A stretch of 56,589 nucleotides of DNA, filler included, from Jimgerdemannia flammicorona (lineage: Eukaryota), in assembly GCA_003990765.1 (NCBI GenBank). It is 3 parts of 3 records of this genome, joined end to end, with 100 filler letters (N's around TTAATTAATTAA, not from the genome) between each part and the next. Parts side by side here need not be neighbours in the genome. Positions count along the whole stretch, not along the records: positions 1 to 18,799 come from RBNJ01002113.1; 2 more parts are not named here. The stretch is one strand, 5' to 3'. Position 1 is the stretch's first letter. Every line of letters begins with the position of its first letter. Under the pieces are notes generated by a model. That model made no database searches. It had not been told where the DNA came from and saw only the letters and a program-made list of their open reading frames with translations. Positions 1-10,958 of the stretch are shown one piece after another. The position numbers were made by a program, and so were the translations under genes.

Positions 1-39
1 AATAAAGGGCAGTCCAAGAGACTATAAAAAAAAAAAAAA
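1..39 (+). mobile_element. 3' end and poly(A) tail of a LINE inserted into the Harbinger Myb/SANT gene
   Basis: AATAAA-GGGC-AGTCCAAGAGACTAT-poly(A) matches the 3' end of the LINE at 13553-13610 read on the minus strand (AATAAAGGCGGAGTCCAAGTGACTAT-polyA). Similarity to Harbinger copy 2 starts only at about 39. Confidence 0.75.
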
Positions 40-977
40 GAGATGTGGGTCTCAATAGCTAAACAATACTCAGAACACTTTGACTAGCCAATCAATATCA
101 GCTAGATCAAGTCAAAGTTTCACCAGTCATTTAAGTCAGACTATGACACATTCAACTACCTGAAGAACAGGAGCAGGTTTGGTTGGAATGAGGAGGTGCA
201 AACAGTGGAGGCTCCTTCAAAAGTGTGGGATGATTACTTAAAGGTGCAAATACTCATTATTCAGGCTTTCTGCAAGCTGGATATCACCTTTTCTAATTTG
301 TTCTATGTTTACAGGAGTACCCCCAGGCAAAAAAGTTCCAGAATAGGGCCTTTTCTCAGTATAATAACTTTAATGAGCTGTTTGGGACAATTGAGGCAAC
401 TGGCCATCATGCTACTACACAAGGCCAGGCCATGCAGTATCACACTCAGACCAAGATGCCCTCCGAAGATGAAGACAAGCACCAATCATCAATCCCCTCT
501 CAAACCTCTTCCAACACCAACAAGTATTAAATTTAAAATGAGATGCTCTCCAAAGATGAAGACAAGCTTTAAGATATCTCTCAAAATATCTCTAACACCA
601 ACAAACCTTCCTCTACCACCACTTCCTCTACCACCACTTCCTCCCACAACACTACTCCCTCTCACAACACTACTCTCAAAAAACATGAGCGAACCAACCC
701 TAGCTTGGCAATTGCCTCTGCCATCAACCAGCTGACTGATATTGCAAAGGTACTGCCACCAATAAGCCCCAGTATCTATCAAGATGCCATCCTTGCTCTC
801 CATAAAGAGTACAGTAATATATTAAACAGTACAGATATGGCCAAAGCTTATAGTATTATGAAGTCTGAAGTAAATGCGATAATATTCTATATAATGCCTG
901 CTGGGGAGGTGTATGATATTTGATTGAAAGAGGAGATTAACAATATAAATAAAGATACTTCAGGACAATTACAATAG
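39..977 (+). pseudogene. Harbinger Myb/SANT-like DNA-binding protein, partial and decayed
   Basis: FGWNEEVQTVEAPSKVWDDYLK, intron at about 244-314, then EYPQAKKF...ELFG. Internal stops. Confidence 0.85.
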
Positions 978-1009
978 TCATGCACATGATTTAATAAAAA
1001 AGTACAATC

Positions 1010-2200
1010 AATGTGACATACCTATTATTATTGGTATTGCCAATAATTTTCCCACATTTGATGGGCAATTTTATCTTGCCATTCACTTGTACCATCATCC
1101 TCTTCAACCCAATATTCTTTCCTATTTTCATACTCCTCTAAGTCTCATGCAAATTCTTTCTGGAAGAACATATCATCCTGGCTATTTTGTCACATGATAA
1201 AGTTATGCAGGCAAGCCAATGTGTGTGGGAGGTCTGCTTGTATTTCCAGCAAATATATAATCTATATGTTCAGATCAGAAAGCAGTGTTTTAGCACCCCA
1301 AAGGTCTGCTCTATCACATTTCTCAGGCTTACATGTCTGAGGTTGAAGAGCTCCTCCTTCGTTTATGGTCACAAATTGGCAGTTGCCTAGTAAAAAATAA
1401 AAAAAATAAAATAAAATTAAACTTCTGACAGTCTGTCCTCTGCCCTCCCTTGATGCAAGTACTTTCCTATTCACAAAGGTGGTATCAAATGCATTGGTAG
1501 GAAGTAAGGACTTGATAAAATAGTCCATAGCCAGCATCTTCCAGATAGAACCTACCTTCCCAAATAAAAAGGTCTTTACTGAGTGTATCTTTAAGGACTC
1601 ACCCATCATGTGTAGAACTCTCCCAGCTGCTCAGAATATAAGAAAATGTCATGTCAAAATTATAGACTGCCAGTATATTCTGTGAAGTGAACCCCTTTCT
1701 GTTCCTATATACTATAACTAAGTTAGCAGGCATCAAAGTAGGAATGTGGGAACTATCAAGTATGCTAATACAGTCCTTGAAGTAAGGAAAAAACTTTGAG
1801 TTTTCCCTCACTTTGGGAGGCCAGCTGCTTGAATGTGGCAGATATATAAAGTCAGGAGCAAGACACACCAATGCCTTGAGAACTAAGTGGAATATTGTGC
1901 TGATTGTATCCCTACTATGCTGGAAGCACTCCATTATCTGTCTATTGGATATGTTGTATCTGATAATCCAAAGAAAGATCGCAATCTGTTCGGCAATACC
2001 CATGATCTGATGCTCCTTAAGGAGTCCATAGGTCTCCAGAAGATAACATAGGTGCTGAAATGTGGTAAAGGGTATCTGCAAAATACTATCAATATGTCAC
2101 ATGTTTCCTATCAACAACTCTTTCACATAGCGAGCACCTAATGGTAGTGTGTTAATTGGTAAGTTTTCTTATTAAAAATAGCAACTTGAAAAATAAAGAA
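1010..2200 (-). pseudogene. Harbinger DDE transposase (HARBI1-like), decayed
   Basis: EQIAIFLW, FPYFKDCISILDSSHIP, YRNRKGFTSQN, WESSTHD, YLEDAGYGL, ELFNLRHVSLRNVIEQTFGVLK. Ends approximate. Confidence 0.9.
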
Positions 2201-3282
2201 TACCTGATAGAGGAGATGTATTATATGGCCACTTTCTATATAGTAGTAGTGCATACTCAGCAGCAATGTAGACAAGAAGCATGAGGAAATGTGGTGAGTA
2301 AATGAGTTTATAGAGGCCAGGCTAGATGTTATGGAGGACAGCAGTAAATTACTGTAGAAGAGGTGGTGGTGCATTTGGAGAAAACATGGTAGCAAGGTTG
2401 TGGCTGACTCAAAATAACACCATAATTTTATTATTAGTGTTCAGTAATAGCATAATCTTTTGAGCATTAGAATTATTTTGATCCAGAAATAATTCTCATG
2501 CCATATAACTCAAAATAATGTTATTTTGAACCAAACAGGCTCTAATATATTATTATTATTATAAAACTCTATATAAAATAGATAAAAGTAGGATCTCTCA
2601 AAGAGACCAATGTTTAGTTAATTATCTATCAATTTAAGATATTGAAGTAAGTAATAATAGATAGAGAAATGAAATTTATAAATCAACTCTTTAAGGTTCT
2701 TTGTATGAAGTATAAAATTTAGTATATTTAGATTATCTTAAAGAAATAAATAGACAGAAAGAACTAATAAATCTCTCAAGAATGTTATTACTAAGATTTG
2801 TAATAATTACAAAAACTGAGATCACTATCTATTAATAATATTATCCACTCTTCAGAATATATAATTATAAAGTATCTATTTTATCTCTTAAGAATTAATA
2901 TTTAGAGAAGAAAGATCTAAAAAAAAAAGTCTATTATCTAATAGAGATATATAGAGATTATATCAAATAAGAAAAAGTCTGAGAATTATACATATAACTA
3001 AGATATAGATATTATAATAGAATAATATAAAAAAGATCTATAAGGGTCTGTTCAGTTGCATTAGTTTAGAAAATAATACCTGTATTTTGAAATAATGTTA
3101 TTTTTGAATATCATGGCAAAATTATGATATATTCAGTACAACATCACTGTTAGAACACAATATCACACAAAATCACATATAACCCCTTATTTTGAAATAT
3201 AGGTCCGGACCTATATTTTGACTGTTATTTCCACTACCTCTACTACCTCCTGTTATATTTGTCTTTGTCTCTACGAATTCAT

Positions 3283-4377
3283 TATCTCCATAAACCCCAC
3301 TACCCCTGCTAAAGAAAACTCCAAAGGAAAGAAGAAGGCACTGTACCTCCAATGGGACTTGATAATGGAAAACTACCTGATCTCTCAGCTGCTTGATGTA
3401 GTTCAATGTGGAAAAAGAACTGAAAATAGTTTCAAGCCAGAGATGTGGGTCTCGATAGCTAAACAATGCTCAGAACACTTTGACCAGCTGATCAATGTCA
3501 GCCAGATCAAGTCAAAGTTTCACCAGTCATTTAAGTCAGACTATGACACATTCAACCACCTGAAGAACAAGAGTGAGTTTGGTTGGAATGAGGAGGTGCA
3601 AACAGTGGAGGCTTCTTCAAAAGTGTGGGATGATTACTTAAAGATACAAATACTCATTATTCAGGCTTTCTGCAAGCTGGATATCATCTTTTCTAATTTG
3701 TTCTATGTTTACAGGAGTACCCCCAGGCAAAAAAGTTCCATAATAGGGCCTTTTCTCAGTACAATGACTTTAATGAGCTGTTTGGGACAATAGGGGCAAC
3801 TAGCTGTCATGCCACTACATAAGGCCAGGCTGTACAGCATCATACTCAGACCAAGATACCCTCTGAAGATGAAGATGAGTACCAATTATCAATCCTCTCT
3901 CAAACCTCTTCCAATACTAACAAGCATTAAATTTGAAATGAGATGCTCTCTGAAGATGAAGATGAGCTTCAAGATATCTCTCAAAACATCTTCAACACCA
4001 ACAAACCTTTCTCTACCACCACTTTCTCTACCACCACTTCCTCCCACAATATTACTCTCTCCCACAATACCACTTCCAAAAAACATAAGTGAACCAACCC
4101 TGGCTTGGCAATTGTCTCTGCCATCAACCAGCTGACTGATATTGCAAAGGCACTGCTACTGACAAGCCCCAGTATTCATCGAGATGCCATCCTTGCTCTC
4201 CATAAAGAGTACAGTAATATATTAAACAGTATAGACATAGCCAAAGCTTATAGTGTTATGAAGTCTGAAGTAAATGCGATGATATTCTGTGCAATACCTA
4301 CTGAGGAGGTGTGTGATATTTGGTTGAAAGAGGAGATTAACAATATAAATAAAGACACTTCGGGACAATTACAATAG
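3283..4377 (+). pseudogene. Harbinger Myb/SANT-like DNA-binding protein
   Basis: LQWDLIMENYLISQLL...FKPEMWVSIA...QIKSKF...FGWNEEVQTVEAS..VWDDYLK. Intron at about 3644-3714 with a mutated donor. Start approximate. Confidence 0.87.
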
Positions 4378-4409
4378 TCATGCATGCAATTCAATAAAAA
4401 AGTACAACC

Positions 4410-5460
4410 AATGTGATATATCTATTATTGTCAGTATTGCTGATAATTTTCTCATATTTGATATCTGCTTATATTTCCAGCAAATATATGATCTGTATGT
4501 TCAAGATTGGAAAGCAGTGTTTTAGTACCCCAAAGGTCTACTCCACCACATTTCTCAGACTTGTATGTCTGAGGTTGAAGAGCTCCTCCTTCATTTATTG
4601 CTACAAATTGGCAGTTATCTAGTAAAAAATAAAAAAATAAAATAAAATTAAACTTCTGACAGTCTGTTCTCTGCTCTCTCTTGATGCAAGTACTTCCCTA
4701 TTCATGAAGGTGGTATCGAATGTATCAGTAGGGAGTAAGGACTTAATACAACAGTCCATAGCCAGCATCTCCCAGATAGAACCTGCTTTCTGGAATAAAA
4801 AGGTCTTTGCTGAGTATATTTTTAAAGACTCACCCATTATGTGCAGAACCCTCTCAGCCACTCAGAATGTAAGAAAATATCATGTCAAAATTACAGACTA
4901 CCAGTATATTCTGTGAAGTGAATCCCTTTCTGTTCCTATATACTGTAACTAAGTTGGCAGGCACTAAAGTGGGAATGTGGGAACCATCAAGCATGTCAAT
5001 GCAGTCCTTGAAGTAAGGAAAAAACTTTGAGTTTTCCCTCACTTTAGGAGGCCAGCTGTTTGAATGTGGCAGATATACAAAGTCAGGAGCAAGACACACC
5101 AATGCCTTGAGAACCAAGTGGAAGATTGTGCTGATTATGTCCCCACTGTACTGGAAGTACTCCATTGTCTGTCTGTTGGATATATTGTATCTGACAACCT
5201 AAAGGAAGATCACAATCTGTTTGGCAATACCCATGATCTAATACTCCTTAAGGAGTCTATGGGTCTCTAGAAGATAATATAGGTACTGAAATATGGTAAG
5301 GAGCATCTGCAAAACACTATCAATATGTCGCACATTTCCCATCAGTAACTCCTTCATGTAGTGAGCACCTGATGGTGGTGTATTAATTGGCAAGTTTTCT
5401 TATTAAAAATAGCAACTTGAAAAATAAAGAGTATCTGATAGAGGAGATGTATTATATGGT
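4410..5460 (-). pseudogene. Harbinger DDE transposase, decayed, with an approximately 170-bp C-terminal deletion relative to copy 1
   Basis: FKDCIDMLDGSHIP, YRNRKGFTSQNILVVCNFDM, SG*EGSAH. Sequence equivalent to about 1063-1233 is missing near 4462. Confidence 0.88.
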
Positions 5461-6585
5461 CACTTTCCATATAGTAGCAGTACATACTCAGCAGCAATGT
5501 AGGCAAAAAGTATAAGAAAATGTGGTGAGTGAATGAGTTTACAGAGACCAGGCTGGATGTCATGGAGGATAGCAGTGAATTGCTGCAGAAGAGGTGGTGG
5601 CACATTTAGAGAAGATATGGCAGCAAGGTTGTGACTGACTCAAAATAACACCATAATTTTATTATTAGTATTTAGTAACAGTGTGATCTTTTGAGTATTC
5701 GAATTATTTTAATCCAGAAATAATTCTCACACTATATAACCCAAAATAACATTATTTTGAACTGAACAGGCCCCAAGTCTCTGAAGATTATTAAGATAAA
5801 GGATAAAGTTCTAATATATTAGAATATAGTAGAAGTTTTATAGTTATAAAAACTAAAGTCTAAGTAAAAGATCCTTATCTTATATAAGATATAAAAGTAA
5901 TTATCTTTTGACTATAAAACTTTAAAGTATAATTATCTCTACTACTATCTATTAAAACTAACTCAAGAAATATTATAACTGATAAATAAAATACTACTAC
6001 TACTCTCAATATTGTAAGTTCTATCTAATGAGCTATTGAAAGAGAATAATATACTAGAAAAGCTTTAATTATAGAAAAATTATATAAAGATATCTCTAGC
6101 AAAGTATAGATAGTATATCTAATCCAAATCTCTCACTTTGATACCTATTAATATTAAGTAAAATTTATAAAATATTTTAATTAAGATAGTTCTTTAAATA
6201 GTATCCAAACAATAAGAAATACTACTAGATTATTATATATTAGATCTTAAATATATAGATCACTATTATTGGATAAATATATCAGTTATTTTAAAATAAA
6301 AATAATATTATTATATTTTAAATATATAATCTTAACTAATTTTAGTTTGATAAATAAAGACTATTAAGAAAGTATAAAAAGTAGATATGTAAAATAACAT
6401 AAAGTTATTAGAGATATAGAAGTTTAAAGTTTAAATAGATACTTTAGAGATGAGATTATCTATTTAGAAAGAAGTTATATATAATAGTTAATCTGAATTA
6501 AAAATAAAAATCAGAAAATAAATATTTGATCATAATATCAGAATTTAATTTTTAAATATAGTATAGCATAAATTATAGTTAGTAG

Positions 6586-8347
6586 TATCACATAGTGGTC
6601 GCTGAGTCCTTCAAATATATCAGATTCTCTTCAAGGTATATTCTCTTAGACTAACTATAAGTTTGTTATAAGCAAGTTCTTATTAGAGTGCCTTTCTAAG
6701 GTCTTATAGTCCTCAAACTTCTTATCTTTAAACTGTCTTGTTATCTCTTAGATTACTTACAAGAAATTGAGAATAAGTGAACTTGACTGACTTTATTTCA
6801 AAGGAAATAAGAGGGGTATTTATATAAAATATAATTTAATAGTTACTAAGATATAAAGCTAAAAATAAATTCCAATAACCAAATAAAATACTAAAATACA
6901 AAAACTGCCAAGTTTCAGTATTAGAACAGATGGTTGCACAGGTTCAGGATGCTGGTATAATTTTAGTGATACAGAAAAAGAGTGCTAGAATAATTCTGAG
7001 TCACATAAGATCAGAATACCAGTGGAGAAATAGCTGTTATACAGAAAAAGAATGACAGCATAATTTAGTATAACTAAGGAACTTAGAGCAGAATGTTTAA
7101 GACTATAGAGGCTTCATCCTCATTATTGCTAAAGGAGATAAGATCTGCAAATGTTTCAGTCTTATTATATAGATTGCATGTTTCACATATATTATATGAG
7201 ATGACATCATCACCAATGATGTCATCATGTTCAGTAGTGGGGAAATCAGGAGCTCTCCAATCTATAAGGTTCTCTTCTATAAAATAGGGAACAAATGTGG
7301 GGTCTTGGGGAGGTCTGATCTGGATGCTGGGATCTTGGAATATAGAGATCAATCTTTACAGGAATTAATCTGGGTTGTATGTTTCATATATGTCATATAG
7401 AATGACATCATTGCTGATGATGTCATCATGTTTGGCAGTAGGAAAATCAGGGGCTCTCTAATCTATGAGGTTCTTTTCTACAAAATAGGGAATAAATGTA
7501 GGGTCTTGGAGAGGTCTGACCTAGATGCTGGGGTCTTGGAATATGGAGATCAATCCTTGCAGGAATTAATCTGGGTTGTACTGGAGGATGGAATATCAGA
7601 AGTCTTCTACTTTATCACTATTGAGAGTGATAGTGGACTGGGCTTCTGTAGCCACCCTGGCTTCTAGTGTATTGATATGGTAGACTGACAGATCTCTGAA
7701 GTCTGTAACTCTAATATACTCTAAGTTGGGAATTGACCATGGTGTATGTCTGAAGATCTGATGAATCTTCTTAGCTATCTTTGTTTTATATATATCTATA
7801 AGAGTGACATCTTGTAACTCTTGAGGGCTGGCCTGTGGGAACTCTCAGTAGAGAAGATTTTCTATTTCATATTTCTACCACATTTGGAGACATTTGGTAG
7901 CAATGGTGATCCTTGTTTCCATTTCATGACAGTAGAGGATAAAGTGATAAAGATCTTCAGTACCTAGGTTGAGACTAGGAGTTCTTCTTGTGTGTGTCCT
8001 CATGGCTCTTCTGATGTCTTGGAACATCCTTTTTTCAACTAAGAGACCTTGGTAGTTCCTTGACCTTGAGGTTTGGTGAGCAGCAGATATTTCATTTGTA
8101 GTAAGTCTTTGAGCTATTTTAGAATTGGTGGATCTTATTGAGTTACTGCTACTATGGTTTCTTGATCCTTCTTTTATATTCCTCAAAATGCCTGTATTGT
8201 GGTCATAATGACTTACAGTTGGTCATCATTACTCATCTCATAGCCTGGATGAGTCATGCTATATGATCTTCTTATACTCCAATCTGGTAGCTTACAAGAA
8301 ATTACTATCTCTTGTGCTGATGTCATCATTCTGAGGTCACTATTACA
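6586..8347 (-). repeat. Long LTR of element D, containing a decayed ORF
   Basis: Starts TGTAA right after the PPT. Ends at a decayed TGTGACA-type terminus (tatcaca on + at 6586). TATAAATACCCC box at about 6825-6813. Confidence 0.7.
7178..7580. repeat. Tandem duplication with an approximately 200-bp unit inside LTR D
   Basis: 7178-7378 is repeated at 7379-7580 (atgtttca.atat...atgacatcat...gatgtcatcatg...ggaattaatctgggttgta). Confidence 0.9.
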
Positions 8348-9463
8348 TCTTCCTTCTGAATAAGGATCTTCTTGAACATCCTTATTTATTAGTCTAGTTC
8401 TGAAAAATTTACTGATCTCATAACCTCTAGCAGGGGATAGAAAAGTAGTATTTATGGGCTGGTATCTTCTCTATGTATTTTGATATAATGGTGAAGAGTT
8501 GCTTCCTTCATATAGAGCAAGGGCCTGATTCTGATCTTGACCAATCAGTTGATGGTTCAAACTCCTCTGGCTTCAAAAGTCTCATGGATAAGTAGTTGCT
8601 AGTATCATATCTCTTAAAAAATAGTCCAGACAGATTGCCTGCTGGTCATGGGACATGCTGTTATGATTTATGGACTAGAACCTTATGGGCAGTCATTACG
8701 TTTTACTTCTCTTATATAGGTTCATGGTACTTCTTGAGTCTACTCCTATGTACTATAGTAAGTAGTATGGTTCCTAAGAGTTTTCTAAGCCAGAAGGTAG
8801 TTCCCTTAATATCTTGCACATAGAAGAGTTCTTTTCATTTGAACTCTAGTTTTTGTGACCATAAGACTTCTACCATATTTTGATACAGTAGAACCTTTTC
8901 TCTGATTTGGATGAGTTTTAGAGTTTTGTGATTCTTTTCTGCTCAGTACTTGTGACTTGATGATATGATCTTCAGCCTTCTTTCTGATTTGGTGTAGTCT
9001 CCAGATTTCTGAGTCAACCCATCTCCAAGTTAGGTCTAGATTTGTAGCTGAGGTTCCATCAGAATCTTCTTCTCCAAAGAGCAGTTCTCTTGGGGTAAAG
9101 TGTATACTCTGTGACCATATGTCTCATAGGACAGAGAGGGCAGTTGAGAGGTAGTTATCCCAATTCTCATATATATTTGAGATCTTTGTCAGAATGTTCT
9201 TGAGAGTCTTGTTGGTTCTCTCTGTCTGTCCATTTTCTTAAGAGTGGTATATAGTGGTCTTGATGTGCTGAATCTTGTACGTATTTCTGATATATTATCT
9301 TGTAGAATCTATTGACAAATTCTGTACCATAGTCTGTAGTGATTTGCTTTGGTATCTTGTAGTAGTGGATGATTTCTCAGTGCAGGAAGTCAGCTATAGA
9401 GAGGACATTGGCTTTTTGTAATACTTCTACTTCTATCTATTTAGTAAAGAGGTCTACAATAAC

Positions 9464-10958
9464 TATAAGTGCACAACCTCCAAACCACCAAAATTGTATG
9501 TTATCCTCAGAACTAATTTGGAAACTATATGCAAGACTACAAAATAAGTTACTGAAGAGATCACCTGGTTACACAAAATATGCCAGCAAGCACAAGAACC
9601 TACTGCCAAGATATAAGAATACTAGAAGAAGTACTACAACCATAAGACCAACCCTAAACCTCTATAACTAGTTTGGTATATTATACTATTATAAAAGGAA
9701 ACTGAAAGTACTAAACTCAAACTGAGATAAGAAGAATCTCTCTTATCTACCAAAGGTTCATGAACTGCACTTATCAACTCAAGACTAAGATATACCACAA
9801 CTATACAAGACCTCATTACTTAGCAGAAATAAAATGCATTTGAACAACTTCATTCACTCTATCTATGTCACCTCTATTGAAGAATAATAGATACTTCATC
9901 TAAACTCAAGAAAGTTGACATTGTTGAAACCAATCTCAAGTCCATCTATGTGACAGATATTACTACTAGAAATTACCTCAGATTATAGAAAATATCATTT
10001 CTGAGAGATTTGAACCCCCAGCTACAACATTGGGAGCCCTTGTCCTAAATAAGGATGGCCAGTCCTCGCAAATGTGCCAGCAGTCCAAAAAAAAAGAGAA
10101 CCAAGACCTGTTATTCATATACAACTACTGCCACCAAGAATAGCCTTAATCTTACAAGAGATAGAGATAATGACACCTTTGAAACTGATGATGTCAGAAG
10201 TCAGAAAACTACTCAGACTTTGCCAGAGATAATATTATCAATAGTGATATTATCAAAGACTAATCAGACAGCATCTAAATCTATAAATAGCTTAGCAGTC
10301 ATAGTATAGTTAGATTAGCCTTATACAACGTAACTGTGAACTCACTCAGCAGTCAGGCAATCTCTTGACATATCAGATCACACTTGTACTATATAACTAT
10401 ATTCTGACTCAGCAAGGTACTAAAGTGCTATATCTATATTCAGCATAGTCCAGATAGCCCCTCACTAGTATAAATACCCCCTCTCTCAGACCTCAGAATC
10501 TTAGACTTAAACAGACTTGAACACTCCTGAACACTTCTCCACAATATCCCTTCATACAAACTACTTCTAGTATAGCAATATCATGAATAGCAAATAAACC
10601 TATTTAATAACCTACAAACTACTCTTAAGTAAATCTGTTCTCCATTAGATCCCACTCCTAACCCCATTATGAAATTTCCTAATTGGATATTGTCTGCAGT
10701 GATACACCAATTCAACTAAGCTGGTCTTAGTTTCTTAAACTTTCTGAAATACAGAAAATCCTGAACATTCAGAATTAGTCCAAATAAGGACTTTGATTGA
10801 GATATTAACCCAATCTTGAAATCAATATACATAGAGGACATACTCTATACAAAATTAATTTTGATCTTATGAAAACAGTCTTTCAGAATATCCAGAACTT
10901 CTAAAAAAAACCCTTCCAGAACTACATAATGGTTACTCTAACAAGTAATCCTCTTACA
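9464..10958 (+). repeat. 5' LTR of element A (1.5-kb variant of the family-B LTR)
   Basis: TATAAGTGCACAACC (decayed TGTAAG) ... CCTCTTACA. Shares the first ~80 bp and last ~730 bp with the LTR at 19140-21199. Followed by PBS TGGTAACAG. Confidence 0.9.

Larger units (their letters stand above)
39..2542. mobile_element. PIF/Harbinger DNA transposon, copy 1 (left part interrupted or outside the window)
   Basis: Colinear with 3044-5773. Right TIR AACCAAACAGGCTC ends at 2542 and is followed by TAA. Convergent Myb/SANT and DDE transposase genes. Confidence 0.9.
3044..5773. mobile_element. PIF/Harbinger DNA transposon, copy 2, both ends present
   Basis: TIRs GGGTCTGTTCAGTT (3044) and AACTGAACAGGCCC (ends 5773), 13/14 match. 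3-bp TSD TAA (3041-3043) / CAA (5774-5776). Two convergent genes. Confidence 0.93.
2546..6585 (+). mobile_element. Extremely decayed Ty3/gypsy relic (integrase, downstream ORF, PPT, start of 3' LTR), related to the element at 44358-51044 and split by Harbinger copy 2
   Basis: 2546-3043 and 5777-6585 align by eye with the reverse complement of about 46080-44735, differing mostly by C>T/G>A. Example: aaaagatctataa|gtctctgaagattattaagat vs aaaagatccacaagccactggagattatcaagat. Confidence 0.8.
6586..9463 (-). mobile_element. Ty3/gypsy element D, 3' half: integrase (about 9463-8760), post-pol segment, PPT and a 1.76-kb 3' LTR; 5' part cut off by LTR A
   Basis: Integrase motifs on the minus strand (ITTDYGTEFVN, TTIYHS*ENGQTERTNKTLKNILTK). 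PPT TTCAGAAGGAAGA at 8360-8348 is directly followed by TGTAATA. Confidence 0.8.

Noticed and set aside
7201..7225. Hairpin ATGACATCAT-CACCA-ATGATGTCAT
   Set aside because: Explained by the codons of the DDI..DDV peptide; no independent evidence of structure.
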